Shown here in pieces: positions 26,380 to 39,514 of a DNA stretch of 64,000 bases. The notes beneath the pieces are model-generated. The model was not told where the DNA came from. It saw only the letters and a list, made by a program, of their open reading frames with translations, and did not search any database. The position numbers and the translations under genes are program-made. Origin of the DNA: Ginglymostoma cirratum (lineage: Eukaryota); NCBI GenBank assembly GCA_024137785.1, contig JAHRHZ010000013.1, positions 11,434,425-11,498,424 on the forward strand, written 5' to 3'. Each line of letters begins with the position of its first letter. Within the stretch, counting starts at the first letter, position 1.

Positions 26380-27090
26380 CGGATCTTACAGTATGATTGA
26401 ACACCCCTATTGTCCTGGGTGAACTTACTACATTGCATGTAAAATATAATGCACATTAGAATGTGTATATTCTCCTATAACAATAAATACATTATACAAT
26501 GGAAATAATTAATGGCTTTTTGTAACGACTTACATTTAGCATATAACTTGTTACACTATAAAAACACCCTGCAACATACACACAATCCCCTACAATGTTT
26601 GCATAAAAACACCTACAGTGCACATATGACACTTAAAACGAATAATAACATGACTGTGTTTGTATAACCCCCTATAATATGTATACAACCTTGTACAATG
26701 TTGTATAAATAACCCCTAGCAGTGTATCCACAAATCCCTGCAGTTTATTTATATCTCTGTGCAGTGTATCTATAATTTCAACAGCTTAGATAAAACTGTA
26801 TACAAAATACCTATGCCACTTATTTGTGCATATAACTTCCTGGAATGTATATTTTATGACCTCCTAAAGTTTCACTGTATGAATATGCACCAAGAGTACA
26901 ATATATACCTTCCTATGCTGAATATATGATACTTCCTATAGTGTATATGTAACCCCACATTATAAAAATATCAAACAACAGGGAAAATATAAACTCTCTA
27001 CAGTGTATATAGCCTTCAAAAGTGTGAACACTTCTTGCTATTGCATATATATATAATGTTGAGCTAACAGCTTATATGCAATACAATCCC
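26380..27090. repeat. Highly degenerate AT-rich minisatellite (about 20-bp unit like ATAACCCCTAYAGTGTAT)
   Basis: Recurrent variants: acaatcccctacaatgtt, ataaccccctataatatgtat, ataacccctagcagtgtat, atacttcctatagtgtatat, aaactctctacagtgtatat. Confidence 0.6.
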
Positions 27091-29204
27091 CATAGAGGAC
27101 AATAACTTTTAAGAAAAAAAATTTGAACTTCCAGTTGATAGCTGGAAAGATGGCACCAGTAGATTTCATTTTTTAAGATTCTTACTGCAACACCAGAATA
27201 AAAACACTTTTGTCTAAATACTAGTTTTGTAGGCAACTGTCAGAGGACGTAAAGAGAAATCCAAAAGACAACTGCATTCTCTTCTCTACTTTTGTCTTTA
27301 AACTGTTTGCTTTAAAAATGGACAAACTTGCTGGACTCATAAGATGGCTGAAGCGAATCACATGATCATATTTCCAAAAGGTTCTGAACCTTCAGCATAT
27401 ATCAACATTCCAAGTTGACACAAAGGACTTGGAGACAATTTGTCTGTTTTTACAAGCTCTGGACAAGAAAACACATCAAGACCAGTATGCTAAGATGAGC
27501 ACGAATGCATTTATAGTTTCCTCATCACCTATGATGTAGGGGATAAAGCTACACTGTTCGCTTGACAACCTTCCAATTTGGAGAGGCCCATTAGCACCTG
27601 AAATGCCCATCTTTCTCACATGATTAAATTCATAGTAGATTGAATTGCGTAAATATACAATTCTAAGAGTTTAATTCAATTGTTTTTTGGCATCTGGAAA
27701 GAAAGCAGGACCCCAGACTGAAGGTAATCTGCCTCAGACACTCCATCTCTGTCTCTGCATTTCTGGTTGGAAATAGACTTGTATTTCACTCACAAGAAAG
27801 AAAATCCACTGGGCCCAGCTGAACAAATATTCAAACTCACCTCCAAAAAGTTGTAACTTACCTGAGCTCATTTTTTAATACCTCTAGATTTAACAAACTT
27901 GTCATTTATAGACCTATCTTCTCTCCGGTCCTACCTTACTTAATTTCCTGAGGCCTTGTGAAAGCATAGGGAGGAGCAAGGCAATTCCGCCACTTTTGGA
28001 ATTGTTTAGTTGCATCACCCAGATGTACTTTGTATAGTACAACCTGACTCTATAACACTCAGAATAATACTTTTCACTGTCTCTCGCTACATGTGACAAT
28101 AATGAATCAAATCAAATCAAATGCCTTTGAATTCATCTTAAAAGACTTTATTTCAAAATCAGAAGCAAAAATCAGGCCAAACTTTGGCTTTCCTCAGTAA
28201 GGGATGGGAATAAAAAGGGAAAGGAGTAAAATCAAACTATTCATTGCTGTCTCAGGTTTATGATGGGAAAAGCAATCGTCACTTAAATTCATTGTCATTT
28301 CCCCTCTGTCTGTGCCACAACTGATAATTCAGACTGCAGAAGGTAATTTTTCCTTTTCACTTTTAAAACAGCTGGAAAACCCACTTCACAGTTAGACTTT
28401 ACACTATCCATAAATAGTTATTTGTATTTTCCGGGCACAGTCCAAAACAATACTCAACTTCCGAGAGATTATTTCCATACCCTTCCTTCTGCAGCCTGAT
28501 AGGTTTTAACACCAGAACTTCCTTTTATGGCAAAAGTATTCTGGAAATTACCCCCATTTCACACGTAAGCCAGGCACACCATGCAGTCTCATTTCAAATA
28601 GTCATTAATTGAGTCTGTTCAATCCTAGCATGAGCTCACATCTGCATTCCTCTGCAGTAAACTACAGAGATGTTTGACATCCACAATTTGTCTGTCTCTC
28701 TCGCCGTCTCTCTACTGGATTCTGGCAGTCTGCCTGTGGCTGTGCATTTCCACAGATACCTTAAAAACACTTCCCTTCGCAAAATCCATTGCCATAATAG
28801 TAAGAATCCCATGGGCTTTGTATCAGGTACAACTGCTACTTAGCTCTCCTGAAGAGACCAATTCTCTTATATCTTGGAAGTAAATGAACAGTTTCAAACA
28901 AACTGTTTATAATCCAACATCCTCAATACCTCTCTGAGACTATTGGATCCAATCAGTCTAACCATTATTAACACAAATGATGCTAAGTTTGTATTGAAAG
29001 TAAACACTTTCTACCTTCTTCCCACGAAAACAATCTAGACCTCCTATTAAGCTTTATTGAACACTCACCCACGCTTGTTGTCAGACAGACTTCATGTGAC
29101 CCCCCCTTATTTTACCATTCGTTAAAGACAATCCCAAAACACAACTATCTCGTAAAACCTCACATTGTAATAATATAACTTTCTAGAGAGTATACGTAAC
29201 CAAC

Positions 29205-29335
29205 CGAAACAAATACAGAAAATGTTGGAGAAACTCAGCAGGTCTGGCAGCATCTGTGGAGAGAGAAATGGCGTTAACTTTTCAAGTCCAGTATGACCCT
29301 TCTTCAGAAATACTGGACTCAAAGCATCAACTGCT
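29205..29335 (-). mobile_element. Short Penelope-derived element with hammerhead core and partial inverted copy
   Basis: Minus strand CTGAAGA-A-GGGTC-atactg-GACTT-GAAA (tcttcag at 29301-29307). The plus-strand tactggactc after 29310 mirrors the stem. Confidence 0.7.
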
Positions 29336-30304
29336 CACAAGTTCACATAAGAGCAAGTCAGACTGGGATGTGAAAATCAGAGGGAAATTATTTTGCCCAG
29401 CATAAGCAAAGATCCGGTCTGAATTCGTTCCTTCTGCAAGAACATATTGCTTCACTGTAAATGCTCAACCACAATTTTGAAAAGCCAGAAATTCACTATT
29501 GTTTGGACTATCATTGTGAGATCATTATGAGAAATCGCAGGCTTTTATTTTCTTCTTCAATGATGTGAAAGAGAATTTTCAGACCTGAAAAGCTCTCAAC
29601 AACCTTCTTGGAGAAAGAGTAATATTTTCTCATGGGGCTTTAAGTAAACTAAGTCATGGCACATCTTTGGAAATTGTCTTTTCTTATGAGTGTGTGAAAA
29701 TCTTTGATCTTTCAGGGACTTAGAATTCACAGCATCCTAAACAGGAAAAAGCATTCGACTTCAAAATACATCAGTCATGGCAAGAGGTGGCAATAGGGAG
29801 AAATCATCCTCCATCTCTCCCTTGTCCATAAGACTGAACGAATGTAAGAAGTTTTGCCCATTGTCTCTGTAGAAGGAATGAGAAACACTTATGAGGCTTC
29901 CCCTTCCTGATCACTATTTGTTCAATATACTTGATAATAACTGTGTATGGATGTTAGAATTTAATGGTAATCATTCAAGGATCAATTTTAAGTTATGAGG
30001 TAGCAGAGGAGCAGCTTTGATATTGACTTGACATTGTGAGGAGAATAATGAAGGTGTACTGACAGTATACTGGGTGAATTAAACTTGCCTGTTTAATGTT
30101 AATAAATTCATCTATTGGCATGTACTCTTAGCCCCGACCTAGACTGCATTAACAGTGTATTATAAGTTATGTAAATAAATCACATTATATAAATTATAAA
30201 TAAATGCCCAATTAATTTGCACCTAAAAAACTGGCAGTCGGCAGTTACAAATAGTCTTAATTGGTCCTTTGACTCACAAGGCAATATTTATTTTTTGGAC
30301 ATTA

Positions 30305-30475
30305 TAAAACAAAGAACTACAGCTGCTGGAAATCTGGAGCAAAAACAGAAATCAGTTGAGGAACTCAGCAGGTCTAACAGCATCTGTAAAGAGAAAACAG
30401 AATTGTTCCAAAATCGGAATGTTAACTCTATTTTCTCTTCACAGTTGTGCATAATTTCTCCAGCAGAATTCTGAA
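30305..30475. mobile_element. Fold-back (MITE-like) derivative of the same Penelope-end family, core deleted
   Basis: gaactcagcaggtctaacagcatctgtaaagagaaaacaga is followed by the inverted gttaactctattttctcttcacag...tccagca. Confidence 0.6.
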
Positions 30476-31054
30476 TTCTTTTTTAAATGGTTTAACTGGC
30501 CATCCATTTGAAACAGGCACACTGTTGCTTAAATATGCAAATCAGGTCACTGATTTCAAAGTTCAGCTACAAGAAAAAGAGTATGGCAGCCATTTGAGTA
30601 TCCAGAGCTCACGAGCAGCATTTTCAATGAGGCCCAAGTCTGAATTAGATGCTGTCATGGCGATGGCACATGACACTTATCAAAGATGTTTCCTCATTAA
30701 TTTTGTGCCTACATTGGTTGAAAGTTGAATTTCTCACATGTGGAACCAGTCAGTTTAACTGTACTCACAAAAATAAAGAAACCTAATAATGAAACAGACT
30801 AGTTAAAATAAAGTTTCACTTTGCAAAATGAACAGCAGATCCTTGATTGTCCAAACCTTTCTGCATTGCACTTCTCATTCCATGGACTGGTGTTAATGGG
30901 GCTATTGAGACCATCATATCCACAATTACATTATCAATTTAACTTGTTTTCATTTTGTATGAAATTCTTTAAAAATTCCAACTCTAGTACAAACTAGTAT
31001 TGTAAATTTGTAAAGTTCCATTTGAACACAACCCGGAAGTAATTTTAGGAGGAG

Positions 31055-31260
31055 AAAATTACTGCAGATGCTGAATCTGCACTGAAAACAACCAATGCTG
31101 GAGGTCACAAAGGGTCAGACAACATCCATGAGGAGAGAACAAGATAATTTTGAGTCTAGATGACTCTTCATCAGAGCTGAAGTGGAGGGGACAGCATTTA
31201 TGCAATAGTTTGTGGGGAGGCATGTGGGGAGGTAATGGGTGTAGAGTGCTGGTGGAGAAA
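31055..31260 (-). mobile_element. Penelope 3'-end fragment with decayed hammerhead core
   Basis: Minus strand CTGATGA-A-GAGTC-atcta-GACTC-AAAA (G12 lost); tcatcag at 31168-31174. Confidence 0.65.
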
Positions 31261-32609
31261 AGCTGTTGATAAATTTGACTTGGTGTTTTCGTCTGAACAA
31301 GTGATAGTGAGTCTGTTGCTCAGTTTACATCTCTTTAGGTTTTTAATTCCATTTATGATGTGTGAGATGGGCTGCCCATTCATTATCACCAATTTAACAC
31401 AATTGTCCATTTCTAATGCATCCAGTACCTTTTCAGGGTTCATACATTTCCTTAGTAAACTAGCTAGTTATTCTATAGCTTCCAACCCACATGTCAAATC
31501 AAATTGAATTCCATTGCTTTGGTTGTGTATTGGATGTAATTACAACCAGGGCAAGCTGTGTAGTTTCTGATCTACCTTGCCCACAGTTTTAAACAGGTCC
31601 TGCAACATAACAACAGACTAAGATCATCAGTGCGCTGTACTTTGAATACAGCTGTGCTGTTTCCAGCATGGACTTACACTGCCAAGTTTGTTTTGTGTCC
31701 TCACAGGAAAAAATGATGAAATTGGAAAGGTATCTTTAATTTTAATGTTCACAAAGAGCCGTGTGACTCAACTTCATTAGATGCACAGTAATACCTGTAT
31801 TGTTGCACGTGAATCTAGGTTGTAAATGGCAACTAATTTCCATCAAAATTTAATATTAAACTACTAAACTTTCAAAGCTTGAATCCTGAAGCATTGTGAT
31901 TTTAAGCCGCTGCAAAGTAGATTAAAAACATGTTGCTGATCAGAGGCAAGTCCTCGTTGGTTCCAGATGAGATCAATCTCAGATCACTAGGTCTTGAAAA
32001 GACATCCAAGTATTCCTATCAGTCCCACTCCAGATGGAGATGCAGCCAGCAGCACAGCCTGCTATAACACCTTAACCATCCCGACCTTTTGGTCACAGGG
32101 GAATACGCACAGCCTGCTAGGCTAACATAAGTGAGAGGATTCCCCTTTCTTTGGCTGCCAAGTCAGCTTTGTCGGCTTATCACCAGGGGCCACCCTATCA
32201 AACAAGCAGCTGAGCACTCGAAAAATAACTCATCACGCAGATGACAAAAAATGACAGGCTCAAGTCAGCCTCTAACTAGTGTGCTCAGAAACATCATAGA
32301 CCAAGTACTGTACTTAAACATACACCGCCAACCATTTCACTACCACAGAATTGCAAACATTCTGCAATTGCTAAATGAAGAGAGACAAAGAAAGGAAGGA
32401 AATGAACAAAAGAAAAACTCAAGCAGTTACACTCAAAGCTGGCCAAATTGCAATGAACCATGTGCTCAGATTAAAGTATGTAGAAAATGGAAATGATATC
32501 CCACTGTCATCTCTAAGTCTCTCAGACTCCTTAAAGTTGTAGTTTTATTCTTAGTTAAATTCCAGCTGGAGTCCTGGGTGCATGCAACTAATTTCTTAAG
32601 ATTGCTGCC

Positions 32610-33090
32610 TTACTTAGAGACAGCAGTGGATGAAAAATGAACAGTGGAGTAGAATGCTAACAAGGAAAGATTTCAAATCTGAAATCAGTGGACACTGAGC
32701 CAAAGAAGGCGCTATTAGGAAGAAAGAGAATAATGGAAAAATAGAGAAGTTTGGTGAAACAATTTCAGTAAGCAAGGTCTTGTTAGCTAATGGAAAATGA
32801 CCAACAATGGGGTAAAGGGAAAGGGGGGATGGATTCATGAAAGGCCACATTCAGAAGAACAGAGATTTTTGGATTGTTATAGGGTGACAAAAAAAAAGCT
32901 GACGGGGAGAACATGATGGACATGAAGGAATTTGATTAAAAACATAAGTTTTAAATTAGTAGCATTAGGGAATCCAAAACCAGCGTAAATCAGCAAGGTG
33001 AAAACTGACAGGTGAGCAGCATTTGGTCTGTGGGGAGAAGAGTTTTGGATGAGCTAAATATGATATAGATATATGATGTCCCTGGTATCT
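32610..33090 (-). mobile_element. L2-type LINE fragment, old
   Basis: Purine-rich antisense L2-like segments (gacactgagccaaagaagg, cagcgtaaatcagcaagg, gagttttggatgagct). Confidence 0.5.
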
Positions 33091-35550
33091 CCTGAAATTC
33101 AGACAGTACAGATTCCAATACCATTCAATGTTGAGTATAGAAGATTGTTTTGTTTCAGTTTTATTGCAAATAGGGAAATCAAAGTCAGACAAAATTCAAA
33201 TATACTCATAACCTGACATTCATTCACTAGTCAAATAATAAGTTTTATGGCCAGGGTGGGGCATGAGCCAGAGAGACAGAGCAAAATGAACAGAAAACAT
33301 GACTATTTCTAAGCAATCTTGGGTGAAAACTAATAATTAAGGACAAATATTAATGCTTCGAAATGCAACAGCAAACCAAATATAAACACATTTAAATTCC
33401 AAATAAAGAATTTACAATGGAGGCTGAATTGAAATTCACGGATAGAAAATTACAGAATGTATGCCAATAATGTTTCACTACGTGTTGCCTTCATGCAAAG
33501 TCTATCCAATGGCATGAGATGTTGCAGGCTTTATCGTCCGAATTCTATCCATCTCTAGGTATGGAGGAACTAATATAAAAACTGATGAAGACATGCATTA
33601 CAAAATATCACGTAAATCGTGCGTAGTATCAGGAAGTAAAAACACTGATCAAAATTTCATCCTTGGGCTGCACCTGCTTTCTAGATGGCAAGTGGGGATA
33701 ACATTGACGAATATTGTTTGGCGCTGTCCTTTAGTAACTTCACAGCATTTAACGAATGTTAGGTCCTTTGCTCCACCAAGGTTATGGTGCAATTTCTCCA
33801 GTTTAACAGGCACCACCCTTCCTTTGGCACCATAAGGGGCAGAATGGTCCTCCACAGCACCCACAATTGCCTGCCAGCGTGCAATCACACTCCCTAATAC
33901 AAAGCTGCCTCCCCACCAACAACCTCAGGAATTGGAAATCCAGGGATTGTGCTAAGGTATCAAATCAGGATTCGTCCCTAAGCCTAACACAGGGGTAAAA
34001 GAAATGAACTGATCATTCACCTTTTCGCTGTTGTGGGCACCTCAATGTACACAAAAAGCTGCCAAATTTTATCCATGTAGCAAACTGAACAAGTTGATTC
34101 ATTCCATATGAAGCACTTTAAGAGATTTCATAAGGCACTGCATGAACACCAGTTCTTTAAACTTTATTTTCTTTTACAGCTTGCTCATATCTGAGAGCTG
34201 ACGTACAAAAGCGTATCTGAAGCCTCACTCCAAAGTGAAAAGTAAGACTTTCAAACACAATCTGTGAGCCTCCATTACTGAGTGGCCTTAGGTTATCTCA
34301 GGTTACTCATCACTCTTCCTAATATCCTTAACTAATTTGCCAATCAGTGTGCCAGCCATCCATGCAACTCCAGATCAGCAAACCAGTCAAGCAAATATTG
34401 GCTTTTTAGCTATGCTCAAACAACACTCTGTGTTTCAAAGGTACACAATTAAAACAAGAAACAGATCTGTGTCTTGAAACCGAACTGCTCATAGACGATA
34501 ACGCTCAAGCCCACAACCACACTGTTTAGTCAGCATGACCAAGCCATTAATTGGTTTGGAAACTCTATAACTCAGTCATGCATCCCTTAATAATATAAAA
34601 TACCATGAATGTAGAGGCTGGAAATGCTGAAGACACACGCTTAGCAGCTCTAAAGACAAAAAGTTAAAGTGCTTTAGGTATATTGTTGTGAAAATTTGTC
34701 TTTTCTCTTCACAGACACAGTTTGACCTGTGTATTTCAGTACTTCAACTTTTAATTTCAGATCACTACTATTTGTAGTTTTTCCTTCTTATTTTATTCAC
34801 TGTAATTCATTCTGATGATTCTGCTGGAATTCATAAATTGATGGGATGCTTGTAACAGTGTGGGTCCTCTTGCCTTCTCATAAAACAGAGACAGTCACAT
34901 AAGTGGGGGATTGCCTCTATTGTAACTGACACTTGGGACTGAATTGTAAAACAAGCAATCCTATTACCAGGGGTAAGAGTGGGGGCCAGAGCTTGTATGG
35001 ACAAGATGCAAGGCCCTGGACCTTTACCGGTGGCAACTGATCAAGACGCCACCATCAGCAGCACCATCCAATTGACAATGATGACCTGGTTCACAGAACT
35101 GCTTGCCTAGTCAAAGAAACACTGCAATCTTGACCGTGACCCTGTTAAAGGTAGCCATGAGCGAGGCTGCTGGTAGAAGGAGAAAGTGCCTCAAAGCTGA
35201 GGCAGTCTGTTTACCTGGTTCTGTTTAAAACCGTCAGACTGCGATACAGCAGCCAGGAGATCACCTCCAGCACAGAAATCCACACAGAGAATACCAAAGA
35301 GAATTATACACAAACCAAACATCACTTTTTACGGCACTAGCTGCAGGATGGAAAGTCTCATTTGTTCCGTGCACATGTCAGTGAGTGGGTGAACAGATGA
35401 AAGAAATATTTTTGAACCAACCTGTTCAGGGATGTTTATTACTTACCCCTAGAACAGGTGGGACTTGAAGTCAGATCTCCTGGGTAATGTTTTGTGAATT
35501 AGGAAGTAAATGACTGCGTGAATGGTCACATGATAGGGTGGATTAGTGGT

Positions 35551-35870
35551 CAGGTAAGTTGGTAAGTGAGGAACATGGATGAGGTGAGTGGGTAAGTGAG
35601 GAGGGTGAGGTGAGTGGGTAAGTGAGGAGGGTAAGGTGAGTGGGTAAGTGAGGAGGGTGAGGTGAGTGAGTGAGTGAGGAGGGATGAGGTGAGTGGGTAA
35701 GTGAGGAGGGTGAGGTGAGTGGGTAAGTGAGGAGAATGAGGTGAGTGAGGGGGTAAGTGAGGAAGGTGGTGAGGTGAGCAGGTGAGTGAGGAACATGGAT
35801 GAGGATGGTGGGTGAGGTGAGTGGATGAGTGACGAGGGTGAATAAGTGGGTGAGTGAGGATGATTAAGTG
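35551..35870. repeat. 26-bp GT/GA-rich minisatellite (GAGGTGAGTGGGTAAGTGAGGAGGGT)n
   Basis: Near-perfect units at 35581, 35607 and 35633, degenerating outward. Confidence 0.9.
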
Positions 35871-37144
35871 GGTGGGCAAGTGTTAGGATTGGTGTAAAGG
35901 GGTAGTCAGGAGGGTCTGGCTGCCTGGAGGGAGTGTGGGCCAATGGTGCAGGTGGACATGTCAGGTCAGAATGGGTAGCTGGCACCTCAGGGGGCAAGTC
36001 TGGTTAGGTGGTGGAAGGCAATTGGGAGGTGGGGGTCAGTCAGTTTGGTCAAGGAAGTAGTCAGGTCAGGGTTCTCAAGGGGTAGTTGTGGATATGTATC
36101 AGGGTCTCTCAGTGTAGAGCATCCAGTAAGACTAGGATTTTTCAGTGTAACATTTTCTCGGTAACTATCCAGGTAGGTACATTGGAACTACCCAAAGCTC
36201 AGGGTAAGAGAATGTTGCAGAGGGTCCCTGGGGGGGGTCAGAAAATTTGTCCTAGTTCTAACTGTCTGGGCAATTCCTGCACGGATCTGCATTTCAGGAC
36301 TTTTGCAGGTTTCCAAAGGTCTGGCAATCAGGCACTGTGCACTTTCCAATCACAGCTCCCTGATCAGAGAGATGGTCATTGCCACCACAGGGCCCCTCCA
36401 TGGAGCAGGCCTTTCACCCCATTCCCTGCCATCAGCATTTACCTGCCATTGTTGCCAGCACTGGTAAAATGTAGGCAGGAGATGACCCTTAAATGAGCAC
36501 TGAATTGGCATAGTTGGCTGCCAGTAAAGTTTCTGCCACTGAAATAGAGGGAACAAATCAGGCTGTCTTCCTAAAGTCCTTCACCACATACTGATGAACT
36601 CTCCAGCCCGTTGGCCCGGAAGGCTGTTAAAATCCAGATCTTGTTCTCTGATTTCAGATGAAACAAATACCTTACTGCTGCCCAACAAATCCTCCTGGCA
36701 AGTTAAAAGAATGCAGAAGGTTCTGCCATTAGACACCAGAATCAGACTAAGTTGGAGTTAATTCTGTTATAAAACAAATCATTACACAGAAGCAGTGGAT
36801 TCCAAAACAGATCCAGTGGGGTAGATGTAAATTGTTCCATATTGTTGACTTCAGGCAGTGACTGGAATCTGCTGGCTGCTCCATTAGCCTAGTGGAAGGC
36901 CTGGTCCATTTTGAGGGCCGGGTCTTATTAATGTTTGGTCCATGGGAAAAAACAGCATCTGCAGCTGATCCAGAAGAAAGTAGGAGGGAAGGAGTCTACC
37001 ATGATAGCATCTCTGGTTGGTTTTATGGATCCCAGAGGAGCATTTGTGCTTCTCCTAGTCCCACAAAACTAAACCAAGGCTTACTTGTGGTCTGCTCTTT
37101 GGCAAGACAGTCAGCTGGCATTGAGTGGGCTCACTGAGCCAGCG

Positions 37145-37410
37145 GCCTGCTGGCACAGTGGTTAGCATTGCTGCCTCACAATGCCAGGGACGCAGGCTCA
37201 ATCCCAGCTTTGGTTATATGTGTGGAGTTTGTGCATTTTCTCTATTTCTGCTGGGTATCTGGTTTCCTCCCACAGTCCAACACTGTGCAGGTTAGCTGGA
37301 TTAGTTGGGTTACAAGGATAGGGTAAGGGACTGGGAATAGATGCGTTGCTCTTCAGAGGGTTGGTGCAGACTCAATGGGTTGAATGGCCTCTTTCCGCAG
37401 TGTAGGGCTT
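37145..37410 (+). mobile_element. HE1-type V-SINE
   Basis: ggcacagtggttagcattgctgcctcac...tgtgtggagtttg...cccacagtccaa...gaatggcctctttcc. Confidence 0.85.
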
Positions 37411-38346
37411 CAAGGAACATATTCTGTGCTAGTAAAAGATGTTGATGACAATGAGACCCCTGTGTAACCCAATGTGAATATCAAAAGAGCTTGCTGGCCA
37501 AACTGCTGTGGCGCAACATTCATATGGCATCATTGCTCCATTTCTAATGCCCAGGAACTTCCTCAAAGCTTCTCCTAATCCTTTGCCATGACTTCTTCAG
37601 AAGTGCAGCAGGTTCTAGACTTATATGGATAAACAGTGTTTACACTATAATTCAGCGACGTTAGATTTGAATTTAGTGGGGTTGGAAGTTTGCACATTTT
37701 CAAATATCTTGCCTCAACAGTGAATAAATCTAAAATTAGAATACCAAGATATGTCAGTATTGGCCACTTGAGATTCGTGCAAATTAATGTAAACTGGGAT
37801 TTTAAACTTTATAGCAATTGCTTATCACACCATTGTTATCAGCCAATGAGGCAGGAGAAACAATGTAGATTTATGACATGACTTTAAAGCATTTACTCAC
37901 CAAACAAAATCAATTTACAAAACCCATTTAAAAAGAGTTTCCACAAACTGTAGCACACATCTGAGCAAGCTCCCACAATAAAAGGAAAATGATTTCTCCA
38001 GCAAGATGCAGTGTGTGGAGGATCGCTAGATAACACCAATTGATTATTTCTCCAGCAAAGACAGTGAATAGAAGATAGTTACATAATACAAGGGATATCT
38101 GTAAAATCCATCCCAGTTACTAACAGCAGCTCAGTCTCCAGGCTGGAATGATCAATCAGCTCCATTCTGAGGAAAGAGTCATATTGTTTTATGCCACCAA
38201 TCTCACAGGCAAGATTTTTGCAAACTCCTGGAGTCAGGAATTGCCAGAACTTTGGTTAGCTCACAGAGAATTACTGCAATCTTTCTGCAGGCAAGGAGGA
38301 TTCAGTGACAGTCAGGTCATGACCCCTAATGCACATCCCCAGTGAT

Positions 38347-38524
38347 AAGGTCAGAAGTCACACAACTCCAAGTTATAGTCTAACGGGTTTATTTGAAATG
38401 ACAAGCTTTAGGAGCGCTGCTCCTTCGTCATGACTTTACCTGATGAAGAGGCAGTGCTTTGAAAGCTTGCAATTTCAGATAAACCTGTTGGACTATAACC
38501 TGGTGTTGTGTGGCTTCTGACCTT
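38347..38524. mobile_element. 178-bp palindromic Penelope-derived element with a hammerhead core on each arm
   Basis: Arms 38347-38430 and 38441-38524 are reverse complements. Plus core is CTGATGA (38440-38446)-stem-GAAA (38461-38464); minus core is aTGACGA-A-GGAGC-agc-GCTCC-tAAA. Confidence 0.8.
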
Positions 38525-38941
38525 GTCCACTCCAGTCCAACGCCGGCACTTTCCTCATCATCGCATATTTTGATGGTGCAGTTGGCCATCGAAAGTGCTG
38601 GGACTAATTTTCCCCAAAATACTTTCATCAAATAGGGAGAGTTTGGGAAACGTGCTGAACACTTGTCTTGTTTAACGATTTGGAAATCTTGGCAGAAATC
38701 TGCTGAGGGGGTTAGAAACATTACGGCGTGTTAAGTGTTAAATCGTTGGATGACTTCAGATGTCATTATTAGCCACTGTATTCGAAGTTGGATGAGTATA
38801 TTTTTGAGTAATTAATTATTCAGCCTCTGGATTGCTGGCCCAATACAATGACCACTGTTCCTCCCAGTGGGTTGGAGGTCAGTTAAGACATTAAAATTTA
38901 TAAAATCTCAAACTCACCTCCAACCTCCCTACTTGTAGGTT

Positions 38942-38976
38942 TAACCCTATCGCTAACCCTAACCCTAACCCTAACC
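38942..38976 (-). repeat. Short interstitial telomeric sequence (TTAGGG)n
   Basis: taaccctatcgctaaccctaaccctaaccctaacc between two copies of aacctccctactKgtaggttta (38922-38943, 38973-38994). Confidence 0.85.
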
Positions 38977-39514
38977 TCCCTACTGGTAGGTTTATTGGAG
39001 GCAGCATTGGATGCTGGTGTGGTCAACCCACCCATTCCCATTAGAGGAGCTGGCCTATTAAATGCTTGAATGAGACTGGCTGCCTCTGCTTTGCATTTGA
39101 CTGACTGGTTTTACCCCCAATCCTCAGGAGATCTAGCAGCTGAATGGAGGGGAACCTCTTGAAGAGGAAAGTAAGAACTTCTGCTAACTCCTTGGATTGA
39201 ATCCCCAGCAGATTACTCTCTCCATTGCGTACCACCCCTAGAAGGACTGGAGCGGGACTACCCCACATCCTGGATCAGAGATCAGAACTTCCCATCCTAG
39301 TTTTGTGGACCAGACCACCTGCCCAAATGGGAACTCATGCTACACTAGCAACAGCAGCAGATGAATGAGCCGCTCCTACAGCCTGCTATACAGTGCTCCT
39401 GCCTGACTGGAAGCTAGTGTGTCAACTACAAATGCCAAAGCAAAATACTGCAGATACTGGATATCAAAAATGTTGGAATTACTTAAGAGGTCTTGTGGAG
39501 AGAGAAAATAACAA

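Noticed and set aside
27862-27955. Perfect minus-strand donor CAG|GTAAGT at about 27862
   Set aside because: The acceptor is weak and no convincing reading frame was found. A non-coding exon cannot be excluded but is unsupported.
35449-35997. 182-aa and 109-aa His/Pro/Leu/Thr-rich ORFs
   Set aside because: They are translations of the 26-bp minisatellite, with no splice or homology support.
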